NCBI GenBank assembly: GCA_951406725.2
Contig: OX597814.1
Span: forward strand, 24,118,001-24,182,000
Direction of reading: 5' to 3'
Origin: Octopus vulgaris
Lineage: Eukaryota
Length of the DNA: 64,000 bases
Position 1 is the stretch's first letter. Each line of letters begins with the position of its first letter. A program made the position numbers and the translations under genes. Below the pieces are notes generated by a model. The model had not been told where the DNA came from, made no database searches, and saw only the letters and a list, made by a program, of their open reading frames with translations. Positions 25,084-39,221 of the stretch are shown here, piece after piece.

Positions 25084-25867
25084 TAAGAGAATGTTAAGTA
25101 GAGAACATGGTATTATACAATTCTCATTTTCTCTCCCTAGTGTCTATCATTCATTTAATGTTGCAACATTAGTCCTGCAACATAGTGCTTACTTATTCCC
25201 CCTGCCACTCCGCTCTTCAAAGATCTTTCTAATTTAATGCTTATGTCTGATTACTGTTCGATAACAAAATCCCTACATATAGTTAACATCATCTGCCATT
25301 TGGAGAGCTTTTATGGCTAAAAGAAGTTAAATATTTCCATCAACTATCATTTCACTGCAATTAAGTTACCTAGCTCTCATATAGTCATCATGTAACCAAT
25401 TTGATAGTATTTGATGATTGCTCTTCCAGCTAAATATTCCTGTATACATAGTTCATTTAAAATACTACTCGTGATCCTTCTCAAGCATTTGTGAACCCAT
25501 TTACAATTTGAATACGCAATACTATGCATTTTTATTTTCCCCTTAGGACTTTGGTTTTTACTGAGTTGACTCTTTCATCTGAGAAGTGAAAACTATCATT
25601 CTAAGTCTAACTTTTCAGTGAAGGCTTTATGAGAAACAGATCTTCAAAGCATAACAATATTCCAACGGTAAATAATTCTGACTGTAATATTGTCTGAAGA
25701 ACTATTATGAATAATAGTGATATCATCATAACCGCAAGTGAACAACCAGTTCTACATTAATACATTCACAAAATACATTTCAGAACGAAACACTCTAATA
25801 GTATCCTTGTACAAGGCCTGAACAATTCCCAACTTCCATTCATTTATATATATATATATATATATAT

Positions 25868-25868
<1 letters not shown>

Positions 25869-25906
<38 letters not shown>

Positions 25907-26350
25907 GTTTAACGTCCGCTTTCCATGCTAGCATGTGTTGGACGATTTGACTTAGGTCTGGCGAGCCAGATGGCTGCACCAGACTCCAATCTAATTTGGC
26001 AGAGTTTCTACAGCTGGATGCCCTTCCTGATGCCAACCACTGTGAGAGTGTAGTGGGTGCTTTTATGTGTCACCGGTACAAGGGCCAGTTGGGCGGTACT
26101 GGCAATGGTCACACTCAAATGGTGCTTTTTATGTGCCACCTGCACAGGAGCCAGTCCAGCAGCACTGGCAACGATCTCACTCGAATGGTTTTTCATGTGC
26201 CACCAGCACAAGTGCCAGTAAGGTGACGCAGGTAACGACCACACTCGAATGGTGTTTTTTATGTGCCATCGGCACAGAGGCCAGCTTGTTGCTCTGGCAA
26301 TGATCACATTTGTATGGTACTCTTAGCACTCCAGTAGCATGGATGCCAGT
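25869..26350 (-). mobile_element. RTE-family 3' UTR/terminus with ~65-bp tandem units and (CAT)n tail
   Basis: (CAT)n-CGTTTAACGTCCGCTTTCCATGCTAGCATG terminus is the reverse complement of the end of the 50392-51490 element; 4-5 tandem units at 26057-26350. Confidence 0.82.
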
Positions 26351-26580
26351 CATCTGGTGTCTCTCTGAATACAGAGCATAGAACCCTTTTAGAACATATA
26401 TGCAAAATTGATTGGTTGGAATACATAAAATGTCCTGAAAAAAATTATTAGTAATATTATTTCAATGTCAATGCTTACTTATCTACTACCTGATGGTTAC
26501 AATTACAAAGTTTGAGAATGATATTTTGGGAAATCTAAGTTTCCATTAGTAACTATCATGTATATTACTAGAATTGTTGT

Positions 26581-26582
<2 letters not shown>

Positions 26583-26642
<60 letters not shown>
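26583..26642. repeat. (CT)n microsatellite
   Basis: Direct reading. Confidence 0.97.
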
Positions 26643-26645
<3 letters not shown>

Positions 26646-27159
26646 AAAGTGAAGGTAACTGTGATAAATCCACATTTCAGAAAGGAAATACTCCCATAGA
26701 AAAGTTTATACAAAATTAGGTTTATCTTGTTTTAATATCATCTAAATTCCATTAATATGATATCAGATTAAAATTGATATAGTTGTAGCTGTTACTTGAG
26801 GTGATTGAAAAGTATTTATAACAAATCCTTTTGAGAACTAATTCAGTTTATTTTATCAGGTGGATATATTAATAAAGTTATACTATTAGAAACACTGTCC
26901 GTACATAAAAATATTTCTGCTCAATAGAGAGTTGAGTTGAAAAGGAAGAAAAGACACATGATCATCAAAATCATTAGAATGTCAGGCAATATGATGAGTA
27001 ATATGATCAGTAATGAACCATTTTATTTTGAGTTCAAATCTCAGTGAGGACAACTCTGTCTTTTATTCTGCATGTGTCAATAAAATAAATTACCATAGAG
27101 TTGATATAACCATCTACATTCATCCTTCAATATTTAGAAACTTCATCTCATTGCAGGAA

Positions 27160-27430
27160 CGGCTGTGCATTTACAACCACATGGCTTTGTGTTCAGTCCC
27201 ACTGCATAGCACCTTGAGCGAGTATCTTCTTTTATAGCACCAGCCTGACCAATGCCTTGTGAATGAATTTGTTAGATAGAAACTCTGTGTGTGTGTGAGT
27301 GTGTGGGGGGGGAGAGTGTACCAAACATTAAAATTGAGGATTGGAGACAATTTGATCAACTAAACTCCTCTAGGTGGTGTTCCAGTTTGGCCACAGAGCA
27401 ATAACCTGAAACAAGTAAAAGAATAAAATA
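27160..27430 (+). mobile_element. Decayed bipartite SINE
   Basis: GTTCAGTCCCACTGCATAGCACCTTGAGC...CCTTGTGAATGAATTTG...TGAAACAAGTAAAAG. Confidence 0.65.
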
Positions 27431-30304
27431 ACAAAGGAATAACATTGATATCTGATTGAAATTCATAAAGCAATAAATAATGTAGATAACTATGTTACTC
27501 TATTCTGGGACAATTACATGGATATTAAATGTTATGCATAAGTAAATTACAAATATTTTATTCCAGTTTTTTAAACTAAGACGTAATCCTAAGCTTATTC
27601 TTGAGGACATCTAGAAGTACAAATGTCCCACATTCACTCAAATGTAAAATCTTGGAATGAAGTATATCGGAAACAAAACTAAAACAGAAAATGGCTTAAT
27701 TTCCCAGTTCATTTTTAAATACGTTTGTATTCATATATCTAAGTTGGCAAAATCTTAAGTGAACATAAAAAGCAGCAGATAAAACAAAGTAACAACAATT
27801 CCAATGTCTGTTTAATTATGATGTCTAATTATGATTATTTTTTTCCTAGCTTCAGTCATTGAAGTGCAGTTATGTAGGGCACCATCTTCAAAAGGTTTCA
27901 GCCAATCATATCTACCCAGTATTTATTTTTGTCTGGTACTTATTTTATCAAATGGCTAAGACTCCTAATTACTTGTGAGAATAATTGAGTTTGCCACTTG
28001 ATAGTATTGAGAAGCTTATTTTGCATGCAATGGTAGTGTGTGAGAGAAAAGTCGTTAGCTATAATATTGAATGTTTCCATAACCAGTTATTTTTCAGTGA
28101 AATAGTATCAGAAGCAATACTGCTGAATGATAACACAAATACTAAATGTCTGCTACTGTATGACTTTACAGATATTAATGTCTGCTGCAATGTGATATTA
28201 CTGAAAGCAATCAGATTAATTACATCACAAAAATTAGTTCTACTTCCATATAATAAAGAGAAATAACTTATGAAATATTGAACCTTAATGAAATATACTT
28301 TGAACTAGAGATTATCCCATTGGAACCATATGGCTAATGAAATTATTTTTATCAATGCATGATATAAGTATAAATTAACAATGCACAGCTATTCTGATAA
28401 ATTGAATTGTATATACAGAATATTAAATTCCTAATATCTCATGATCTTCAGCCATTTTTTAATATCCGTTTTCCCTGACTGACTTGTGTTAGAAGGATCT
28501 GCAGTATAACAAATTACTTTCACTATCAAGCAGCTGTTAATTTTTATATGAAATCCAGATCACTGAAATTGAACTTCCCCACATTTCTGCATGTCTACCA
28601 TAACCTGTTTTCATGGATATATCCACTGATAGTACATGGAATTTTTTAAACTATGCTAGATATCTGGTTACATGGTATGTCCATACAGGTGGGCATGGGT
28701 TGCCAGAACCTGTGGCAATGTTATTGTAGGAAGGCTATACTATTTTTTTTATTTATAACTACTCTGTTTTTCTTTTGAGATTTTGTGCTTTTAAGAATTC
28801 TTTGTCATGGACAACTGCCCCTGGAGCTCCACCCTTACTTACATCACATGATACAAATATGGATGAATAAGTGATTAATTTTTCAAGTTCCAATCAAGTA
28901 TGTTTCCACTTAGTGTCACAAGCTAGTAATAAAATGTAACCCATCGGGAAAGGATTTTTTAATAGGTCAAAGGAGCCTGGCAATGTGGCAGCATATTGAA
29001 ATAGTTTTAGCTTAATTTGCTCCTACACTGTTTGATGGTAAAGAACATTTAATAGAAATCAACACATGTCATAAAAATTCACTTCATTAGTCTGCTTCAC
29101 AAAAGTACATATTTTCTGCTCCAGATGATATGTAGATGTATTTTTATTTCCTGCATTCATTAAACACCTGAAATATAAATTAATTCGATTGAAAAGAGAA
29201 CATACATGCATCTCATTACAATTGTCTATCAGTTATTTGTTCATTTTCTTCATAGAGATCAAGGTATAAGGAAAGTAATATACATAACAAAATTATAGGA
29301 ACAACTATTAAACTGTTGTTGGCTTGAATACCATTAATTTTTATACAAATCACATGGAGATAAAATGTTTTCTACAAGACATTTTGTGAAAATTGTACAA
29401 AGAATTGTTTCATCATAAAATCTGCTTGAATTCTGTACATAATATTTAGTAATTTCAGCCATGCTCAAAACAATATTGCTAATTAAACCTTCAAACAATC
29501 TAATGAAGAAATTATAACTTTAATGATAGAAATGGTTTAAAATTTGTTCACAAATTAAAGCTTGCTTTGTCTTTTGTTCATTTTGTTTCTTTTTATTTTC
29601 TTATTAATTAAGTTTTATTTCCCTGTTTCATGACATGAGTGGATGCATTTCTCTTCGGTTGTTTCTTTCTTTTTTTTTTCTTATTCTTCAGATTCTTCCT
29701 TTCATCTGTTGTTTCTTCCAAAGCTAAATAATGCATTTTACATTTGATGAAATTAAGAATAAACTTTATATATGTATTTGTTAAAAACTTTCATTAATTT
29801 CAAAATTAATTTGATTATTTCTAGCAGGAATGAATAAGTAATCTTATTGTCTTTGTTCAATACAAATTGTTCAGTTCTTTTTGTATATGCATACTTACAA
29901 TGCAAAATTAGCAATCTACTGTCAAATGTGTTTAATTATGTAAAATCAGTGCATAAATAAACTACATTTATAATATACAGCTAGTAAATCCCCTCTTCAT
30001 CTTATATAATTTGCATGCTCAGTGGCTTTAAGTTCTAGTCACACATGCCTGTACTTATTACAAAACATTAAGAACATTTTGCACACACTCACACAATTGT
30101 ATGTCAACATGTGTGTGTGTGTAGCAGCTTTTTATTTAAACAAGTATTATTAACTACACATGTTAAAAAGAATTTTTACTATTTTCTGTTAGTTCTTCAC
30201 AGTTTATCTTGGACATTAACATTCCGATTTCCATCGGCATCTGACTCACATTCAGGATTAAATGGCTTCCTCATTTGTTCTAAGAGGTAGGAATTATGGA
30301 ATTA

Positions 30305-30640
30305 AAATTTGTGGACATGTTTACAAAGTCAGAAAACAGCACATCTCCCATGAATTCAGGAAACATTTTTTCACGCTAATAGTTGCTGAAGTATGGAACA
30401 AATTGCTGGCATCAGTTGTTAGTTGTCAGAACACTGCATCCTTCAAAACTTCCATGCTTCCTGAGATTCGCCAATACTACACCTGATTTTCTCCCCTCCA
30501 TACACATGCAAGCATATATCTGACTCATACACAGTTCACTTCCCAGACATTTGTACATTACTGCACATACTTTATACACACTTTTGACAAGTTGTAGTGC
30601 ACCTGAGCACTGTATACAATAATTTCATTATTATTATTAT
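30305..30640 (+). mobile_element. CR1-type LINE 3' end
   Basis: GHVYKVRKQH...RKHFFTLIVAEVWNKLLASVV...SFKT matches the CR1 C-terminal pattern GHxxKL...RxxFFSxRVVxxWNxLP; (ATT)n tail at ~30628-30640. Confidence 0.82.
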
Positions 30641-31044
30641 TTTTTTAATGAAGTCATTATATCTTGGGTTTGTAGGCAGAATATAGCCAAATGCACAAGG
30701 TCTTGGATTTGACTCCATTCATGGCAACTTCAGCAAATGTCATTTTCTATAGCCACATGTTGACCTATAAGCAATACTGGGTAGAGAAAACAATATAGAA
30801 ATTTTTCAGGCCAGTCGTAGTGGCAATTCAAACGATACAGCTTTGTCACATTGAGTCTGCTTTAGAATTATATTGAGGGTACATATTTCTGAGGAAGGTT
30901 CAGTTTCTTACACATAAATCCAGGAGAATGTTTTTATCTATTTGTACATCTGACTATCATTGAATAATGAAAATACACAACCTTTAGATTTTAAAATGTA
31001 GCCATTAACATTTTAACTATTAGCCATTAAGCTATGCACCACCA

Positions 31045-31290
31045 CTGGCGTCATGTGGTTCAGTATTTAGGGGTTGCACTCATGACTGTAAAATTGTGGT
31101 TTTGATTCGTGGACTGCTCACATTGAGCAGAATACTTTGATTCACATTGGTCTTGTTCATTCAGATGGCAAAAGTGAGTAGTCCTGCAACAGACAGGTAT
31201 CTCATCCAGTGGGTAGTGCATATACCAGGGAATCCAGAATACCAGCCCTATGAGTCTGTATGACATGGGAAGATCTTTATTCTTGTTATT
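31045..31290 (+). mobile_element. Decayed tRNA-derived SINE
   Basis: TGTGGTTCAGTATTTAGGG...TGTGGTTTTGATTCGTGGAC resembles the 20828 head. Confidence 0.6.
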
Positions 31291-31436
31291 TTTCTTTATC
31301 TGTATGCTAATATTTACATTGTACTTAGCTGTTAATATAGATTTCACTATTAATCTTCTAGTTCTGAACCCATTCTGTAGAGGTTGGTTGCCTCATTATT
31401 TTTTCCTTTCTAGTCTGAGTTCAATTACTCTCCCTC

Positions 31437-31659
31437 TTATTTTTTTGTTTCAGTCATTTGACTGTGGCTATGCTGGAGCACCGCTTTTAGTTGAGCAAAT
31501 CGACCCCAGGACTTATTCTTTGTAAGCCTGATACTTATTTTATCAGTCTCTCTTGCCAAACTGCTAAGTGACAGGGATGTAAACACATCAGCATTGGTTG
31601 TCAAGCAATGTTGGAAGGACAAACACAGACACACAAACATATACATATATTCATATATA

Positions 31660-31707
<48 letters not shown>

Positions 31708-31893
31708 CATATATACATACATATATATATACACGACAGGCTTCTTTTTAGTTTCCGTCTACCAAATCCACACACAAGGCTTTGGTCGGCCCAAGGTAGT
31801 ACAAGACACCTGCCCAAGGTGCCACGCAGTGGGACTGAACCCAGAACTATGTGGTTGGTAAGCAAGCTACTTACCAGACAGCCACTCCTGCAC
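31437..31893 (-). mobile_element. Bipartite SINE with internal microsatellite
   Basis: Reverse complement of the 18897-19328 family over its full length. Confidence 0.88.
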
Positions 31894-31894
31894 C

Positions 31895-32110
31895 TATTAT
31901 TTATGTTTAATGCCATTTCAGTCATAATGAAGTAGACTTCTGATCAAAGGCACTCCACCTGCTACCATCTTGCTTTTTAAGGCTATATAGTTATATATTA
32001 AGTGATATATGTTGCATCCTTATTTAAGACAGTAGGGTGTGATTTGAAGGCTGATTTGGTTGTTACTTCTAACAAGTTATGTGATCATATAAGGGTTCAC
32101 ACATTGGCCC
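31895..32110 (+). repeat. Unclassified interspersed repeat (multi-copy in window)
   Basis: TGATCAAAGGCACTCC...GTAGGGTGTGATTTGA.GG..ATTTGG....TTTCTA.CA core; related copies at 1330-1640 (-), 9720-9830 (-), 52490-52675, 56480-56600 and 63490-63690. Confidence 0.65.
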
Positions 32111-32772
32111 AGTTTTTTTTTTTTTGTGTGAGTTAGTACATTACAATAGCTTCTTGTTGTAATGCATTGTATACCGACAAGAAAGGGTTGTACTTGTATG
32201 ACCAATGTAATATTTACGCATGAAGTTCACAACTTTCCTGCTTGCTTTCAGATTTGCTGAAAACATTCATTATCTGAATTTTATTCATCAGCCTGCAGGC
32301 TTGTTGTTTGTTGTTAATGAGAAGAACTTTTTTTTTATATATATATTTAAGTCTTCTTTGTAATATATTATTTATGAACTTTGTAATATATTATTTAGTT
32401 AGTTTATGAATACGTGTAGTGCAGGATGTATTTTGCTTTGAGTTTTTAATAACTTGTTCATTTATTCTATAGCCTGAGTGCTTTTAGTTTATGCAATACA
32501 TTTTATATGTGATGTGTTTGTTTTACTAGATGTAGTGTCTGTTGTATTTACAGTGTTGAATTTGTTTCTATATTTTTCTATAACTTGGTCTGCTAACTTC
32601 TTTTTATACCCATTATTGACTCATCTTTGTTTAATCCTATAGATTTCCGTTATTTTTTTTTTTAATGCTTTGTTTGAACAAGAACATCTAAATACTCTTT
32701 TGTGTTGGATTTTGCTGCTGACAATTTATACCTGTTTATAAAAATAAGATACAATTTGAACAGCCATACTCT

Positions 32773-32847
<75 letters not shown>

Positions 32848-32898
32848 CAGCAGTAGTAGTAGTAGTAGTAACAGCAGCAGCAGCAGTAGTAGTAGTTT

Positions 32899-32937
<39 letters not shown>

Positions 32938-32973
32938 CAGCAGCAGCAGCAGCAGTAGTAGCAGTAGTAGTAG
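32773..32973. repeat. (AGT)n/(AGC)n microsatellite
   Basis: Direct reading; source of the poly-S and poly-L ORFs. Confidence 0.97.
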
Positions 32974-33548
32974 TTTTCTAACATAGGTGCAAGGCTTGAA
33001 GTTCATGAGTGGGGAATAGTCAATTACCTTGACTGGTACTTATTTTATCACCCCCAGAAGAAGCTTGAAGACTCTCACCTTCCTGAATGTAATTCTCTAC
33101 AAGCAATCCAGCTCACAAGCCATCCATCTTCTCCTACTTTCTATAATGACCATCAGACTACAGATTATGAAGCCCTCTCGATGGCCTTCTCCTGGACAAT
33201 GAAAGCTAAGCATATTTTTAAGTTCTCCTCTTGCCAATGTCTCATTAGGCATCAGAAGTAGAACTCCGTAGCACAAAGTCTAACTTCATCTAGGCTAATT
33301 CAGCAACTCTACAGTTCTTTAAGTAATTTACATATATCTACACTACCTTCTGTTTAAAGTATTCCCTTTCTTAAGTTAATTTGATGAGTTATCAGGCTAC
33401 ACTATCTGTTTTAGAAATCTTTTTAAATATCTGCTAAACTTAGTAGCCTATTTTCTCAATACTGCACTGTCTAATTCTATCTTGTAATCTGGTCAACAGA
33501 AGTTTTAACAGTTTGCTGAATTAGAGTAAAGGATATATATTATTTATA

Positions 33549-33840
33549 TCATCATCATCATCATCATCATCATCAGCAGCAGCATCGTTTAACGTCTGTT
33601 TTCGATACTAGAATGAGTTGGACGGTTAGGCCGGCGTCTGGGAAGCCAGGACGCTGCATCAGGCACCAGTTTGATCTGGCAGTGTTTCTACAGCTGGATG
33701 CCCTTCCTAACGCCAACCACTCCATGAGTGTAGTGGGTGCTTTTTATGTGCCATCAGCACAGGGGCCAGAGGAGGCTGGCAATGTCAACAATTGGTTGGT
33801 ACTTTTTACATGCCACCAGCACTGATGTTTCACCAGCACG
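33549..33840 (-). mobile_element. RTE-family 3' terminus
   Basis: (CAT)n CGTTTAACGTC...CTACAGCTGGATGCCCTTCCTAACGCCAACCAC...GTAGTGGGTGCTTTTTATGTGCC, matching the copies at 25869 and 63073. Confidence 0.8.
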
Positions 33841-34399
33841 GACATATATAGTTAATATAATAGACGTTTCGAATGACGAAAAGCAGTTAAGGAGTAAGGT
33901 TCCATGACTCATAGCATTAAAGGAGAAATAGATAGTGATATAAAAGCATGCAAATATCTGTCATGCAGTGGCTTTGTAACAATAAAACTGGGCAAATGAA
34001 ATTTAAAGTGACAGAAATTTGGAGAAATGCATATATTTTAACACCCAAATGTAATATTTTGTTACAATGCAACTAAGTTGTAATTATTTAACAGAAGTTA
34101 TCTAAGGTCTATTAATTATTCGATAGTAGATATGCATTTGTCATATTTTGATATAAAAATATTGAGTTTGTGAGGTTGCTACACATGCTTGTATGAAACA
34201 TGCTTAAAAAGCAAAATATGTGGATGTATAAGTGCATTTATGGAGATGTCTGTAGAGAAAGGCATAATACTTACAATATTAAGTTAGATGGAACAGTTTA
34301 TTTAACAAGTTTTCAAGGATTTACAGGCTAATCAAATAACTCAGGCCTTCTTGAATATTCAGTTCAATTTGGTAGGGATGTTTTCAGAAATACTCTTTT

Positions 34400-34800
34400 A
34401 AGTCTTTTCTTTTACTCTTTTACTTGTTTTAGTCATTGACTGCGGCCATGCTGGAGCATCGCCTTTAGTTGAGCAAATTGACCCCAGGGCTTATTCTTTG
34501 TAAGCATAGTACTTATTCTATCGGTCTCTTTTGCCAAACCGCTAAGGGGACGTAAACACACCAGCATTGGTTGCCAAGCGATGTTGGGGGGACAAACAGA
34601 GACATACAAACACACACATATATACATATACATATATACGATGGCTTCTTTCAGTTTCCATCTACCAAATCCACTCACAAGGCTTTGGTCGGCTCAAGGC
34701 TATAGTAGAAGACACTTGCCCAAGGTGCCACACAGTGGGACTGGACCCAGAACCATGTGGTTGGTAAGCAAGCTACTTACCACACAGCCACTTCTGCGCC
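34400..34800 (-). mobile_element. Bipartite SINE with internal microsatellite
   Basis: Reverse complement of the 18897-19328 family over its full length. Confidence 0.88.
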
Positions 34801-36442
34801 TTGACATGTTAATGGAATTAACATTTCATAAAGGAAGACATGAATATAATTAATATCTCCAATTTAATATAATGCCTGCTTGTATATATAAAGTTCTCAA
34901 CACAGATTACTAGGAATACAATTGGCAGAATATCTACTGAAAATATGGTTAGGCTTGCATTTTACTTTAAACATAGAAAGAATATGTATGAAATGTATGG
35001 GAAGGAGAAGCTAATTTATTAAATTTTGTGCAAATTATATCCAGCTTTCCTTTATTTGTTAAAAGTAAATGTTTAAGAAATAGATTATTAGTTAATAAGT
35101 TATTGTTACATTTTCAAAATCCATTTCTTGGTAAACTTTCTTAAGTTGAAAATATTGGAAATACTTTGTTTATCTAGAAGTGATTAACAATGTTTATTAT
35201 TTCATGCATTCTATATGTTGAATATTGAACATTATAACTAGTAGTACAATAATATATGCTTAAAACAGCAACTAGAGTTGCTGACACAGTCAGAGAATAT
35301 AGGTCTGATTGAATTCTTAGTTGTAAGTTATAAAGGGAAGTTAAAAGAGTCAAAGTATCTGAAGTGGGCAGAACATCAATATCGTTTACTTGTGTGAGTA
35401 ATAGAGTTGAAAGGGAAAAAGGACCAGGCATTAATGTAGATGTTAAAAAAAAAGGGAAAAAAATTATAGAAAAGAATTTCAGTGCATGAAAAGAATAAGA
35501 TACAAAGCAAGTAGGAAGTGGAAAAGCAAACTGAAAGAAATATCCATCAAGTCTTATCTTTAGCAAACAGCAATGCCTAGAGAATATCATAGATATCTCC
35601 TTTACACAGACAGAAAAGAAATTGAATCCTTACAATTTACTGAGCTTAGTCAGATAATATTCCAGAGGAACAGGAGGTGATGCCAGGTACCTGTTAAATA
35701 GGACTGAATGGCCCATAAATCAGATAAGCTGGGAAAAGACCAACAATAAAAATGGGTTTCGAAATGCCAACTACCATTAGCTGGTATGTGGAAACTTGAA
35801 AGAATGTATCAAGAAAAGTTAAGAATGTCATTCAGAATTATTTGCTTGCAGAGCACACATTGCTCAAAGTTGTATATACAAAAAATGTAGTAAGCTTTTC
35901 GTTGCACTATAAGCCAAAATTTCAGAATTAATTTGATTTAATTTTCTGCTTAATGTATTCATAAATTATGTCTCACTCTCAAGAATAAAACAAAAATCGT
36001 TAAATCAAAATTAGTCAAATGTTTAATTATAATTAATTTGATATTTGTTCTCTATATTTGCAAGAATAATGATTTTAATTAAATATTTTGTTTTATATTG
36101 TTTCTTTCATAAAAAATGAAAACAAATAGGTTAAGTACACATCCAACCTTATTTTCAGTATGCATATTTATATATAAGGGCAGTGAATCAGCAGATTTAG
36201 CAGAAAAACAATGCATTGTGCTGCATTTGATTATTACATCCTGTGTCCCGAATTTAAACCTGATTGAGATGAGGGACTTCATTGAGATCAGGCACTTAGC
36301 TGCTGGAGTTTAATAACATAACAGCATTGAAAATACAGATCATCAACAGTTCCAACAATGAGCATTCAGTTGATTGATCAACTACCTGCTTAATGGATTA
36401 ATGTATTAGTGGCCAAGTATTTAACAGATAAAAGTCTCTTAA

Positions 36443-36662
36443 CCCTTTAGTGTTTAAACCGGCCATATCAGGCCAAAATAGTCTTCCTGTTTTATGCTCA
36501 AACCAGCCAGCTCTGACCTCTCACACCTACCCTACAAAGTCAGTCTAAAAATAAACAGAGGCATCATCAAAATCCCAGAGTTACAAGATGCTGTACAATT
36601 AATTTAAAACAATGTAATTAAACAGGCTTTACATTTGACAGAATAATCTGAATGCTACAGGG
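36443..36662. mobile_element. piggyBac-like (TTAA) MITE
   Basis: TTAA|CCCTTTAGTGTTTAAA ... TCTGAATGCTACAGGG|TTGA; nested in an older minus-strand SINE-like repeat (~36280-36870). Confidence 0.75.
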
Positions 36663-39221
36663 TTGAGTTAATCCTCAGAAAGAATCAGTATGATATACCA
36701 TGTGACAAGGTTGCATCTCTGAATTAGAAGTACAACCCAACTTTAGGCTTTTGACAGTTTTAGATGCCTATTTTCAGTCAAAGATCTATGATAAGAGATG
36801 CCCAAAATGCCAGATAGCAAGATTGAACATGATACCTTATGATTGTGAATTTGACTTCATTTTAGCCATGCTACATCTATAAAGTAGCAACATAGAAACA
36901 GCATGAAGGATTTTTGTATGAAGTATATAATAATTACATTAATCAATTTATTATAATCCAGAAGCCCAAAGCTATATTACTGTCAAAAAGAGCGTACAAG
37001 TAGGCATTTTGTATAAGGAGACATTTTGTGCAATATATTATTTGATGGCAGGATTTTCTTCCACATGAAATCATTGTCCTTCACTAGAAATATTAACTTA
37101 AATCTGACAGATTTAGACGAATTTAGACCAAACTTATTTCAATCATTAGTAATTGTGTGTTCTTGTTACTCTATGTTCTTGATTCTTTCACATTTACATT
37201 CCCAGCAGCACAAGCATTTATTCTAAATATTTCCCCAAAGTTTGAATAACCAATTAACATTCTAGATTCTAAATTCTTTTGCTATCACCTTGTCTTCATA
37301 GGAATCTTGAAACTGTCATTAATCTAGAGATACTGACTATGGGCTTATGTAGTTGTTGACAGGGAAATGTTTTAAGTGACAAGTGTAGTGAACCATATTT
37401 GTGCATTCAGCCAGTAAATGTCCTCAGTTTATTAAATGAATACATCCATGGGGTCACATTGCAACTTTGATTGTGAGTATGAAAAATTGGAAATGGATAA
37501 ACATTATTCTATAAATTTTCAAATAAAGATATAAAAATATAAATATTTATTTTGTTTTTGACTTCATCAAATCATATTCTTCTGCGAATAAACTTTTGTT
37601 AGAATTTTTAAATTATTGATTTTTCAAAAAAACTGGCAAATATTCTAACTATATTATAATAAATGTTGAGAATATTTTATCCTTGATGTTTTTTATAATT
37701 TTCAAAATTACCTCAAATTATTTTACTACGAAAATTTTAGTGTATAAAGAAAGGAGTCTATTAGCCAAAATCAGTGAGTTCAAGAATAAGATGAAAGTTT
37801 AGACAGGTGAATTCAGGATACTAATGAAACATTGGGAAGAGGAAATAGAAATGGTATGAATGAATGAAATAGCCCAAAGCAACATTGTTTGATAAAGAGA
37901 AATAGCAATTGTAGTAAGCATATGGTAAGGAGCATAAAACTCCTCTGTAATCTTTTATGCAAATATGATTGATCGATATATCTATGCAATAAACCAATAA
38001 ATCAATACAAACATGAAAAGTAGAAGATTTATATTTTGCTGCTGAAACAAAATATATGTTTTTTATATCATTAAAAACTCTGCCAAATGTTAGAATTGGT
38101 GTCGCAGAAATATAGAATATAAAATTTTATATCACTAAAAATGTTATTACAATTTGAGCGATTGAAAATTGTTCTCTCATGTTATTAAAACCGATGTTGA
38201 TGCAGATAAAGTTATCATGTTTTAGTAATAGTCCAAATGTTCATATTATAGTAATAGATATTATAAACCATATGTATTATGGCTTTGCAACAAAACTGCA
38301 GGAATTAAATCCAAAATTCAAAATAAATAAAATATATATATATTTTTTTTTTAAATGGGTAATGTAAATGTTACATTGTTCATTCTAGAAACAAACTGTT
38401 CTGTTGCTTGTTGAAATGCCAAAAGACAAAATGACAAAAGTTACTTTTGTTGTAAATTTTTTCCTATTATAAAAGTAGGCCATTTAACTTTAAATAATCA
38501 ATAAAACAACACACAATGGAAAATAAAAAACAAAAAAAAACGTTTGCTACAAGGGATTTGTATATAGAGACTATACAATAGGATGTAACATAAGAAATAT
38601 GAAATAAACTATATGTAATTGCCCAGATTATAAATAATGTGTTGTGTATAATATGTAATCTTGTCTGTTTATGATGCAATGTTTTACTTCTTTAGCTTGT
38701 TCTGTTACCTGTTAATATTTTCTATATTCTGTAAATGACATCCAACGATTTTTAACTTGTTTTTATTATATTGGCATAATACTTTCTTTTCTTTAATCTA
38801 TTTTTGGTTGACCACTGTGATCTCTAGAGACTGTCGGGGCAGAACTCGAGTGTTAAGTAAAATTCTATTGACTTGAGGCTCAGAATACTATATCAGTTGA
38901 TTAATATGCATTAAATATGTCAATAACAAATTGCTTATTGTTATTTATATGCAGGTAGCAACTCTAATTTATTTCATTTTTAAACAATTCCATTTTATTA
39001 CACAAATAGTCCAGTGACTGAATCTATAATTACTGATTCAATAAGTTTAGTGAAAGTTATGCGTTGCCAATGAAGTCAGAATAAATCTGTAAAATAGTAG
39101 AAAAATGAATATAATATTAGTCAAGGACCAATATCACTTTTCCTCATGTTACTATTTAGCATTTTTCCATTGTTAAATATGTTAGCACTAACTTATCAAC
39201 CATCGAGGATGCTGAGATATA

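Noticed and set aside
26057-26350. CRISPR-like array of hairpin repeats
   Set aside because: Units are degenerate tandem copies without unique spacers, lie in a LINE 3' UTR, and no cas genes are present in this eukaryotic DNA.
32662-33006. Poly-Leu and poly-Ser ORFs
   Set aside because: (AGT)n microsatellite.
33060-33310. Possible LINE 3' relic
   Set aside because: Compositionally LINE-like, but no recognisable motif.
35174-35830. 138-aa minus ORF, or a purine-rich ancient RT relic
   Set aside because: No motif I could anchor; composition alone explains the ORF.
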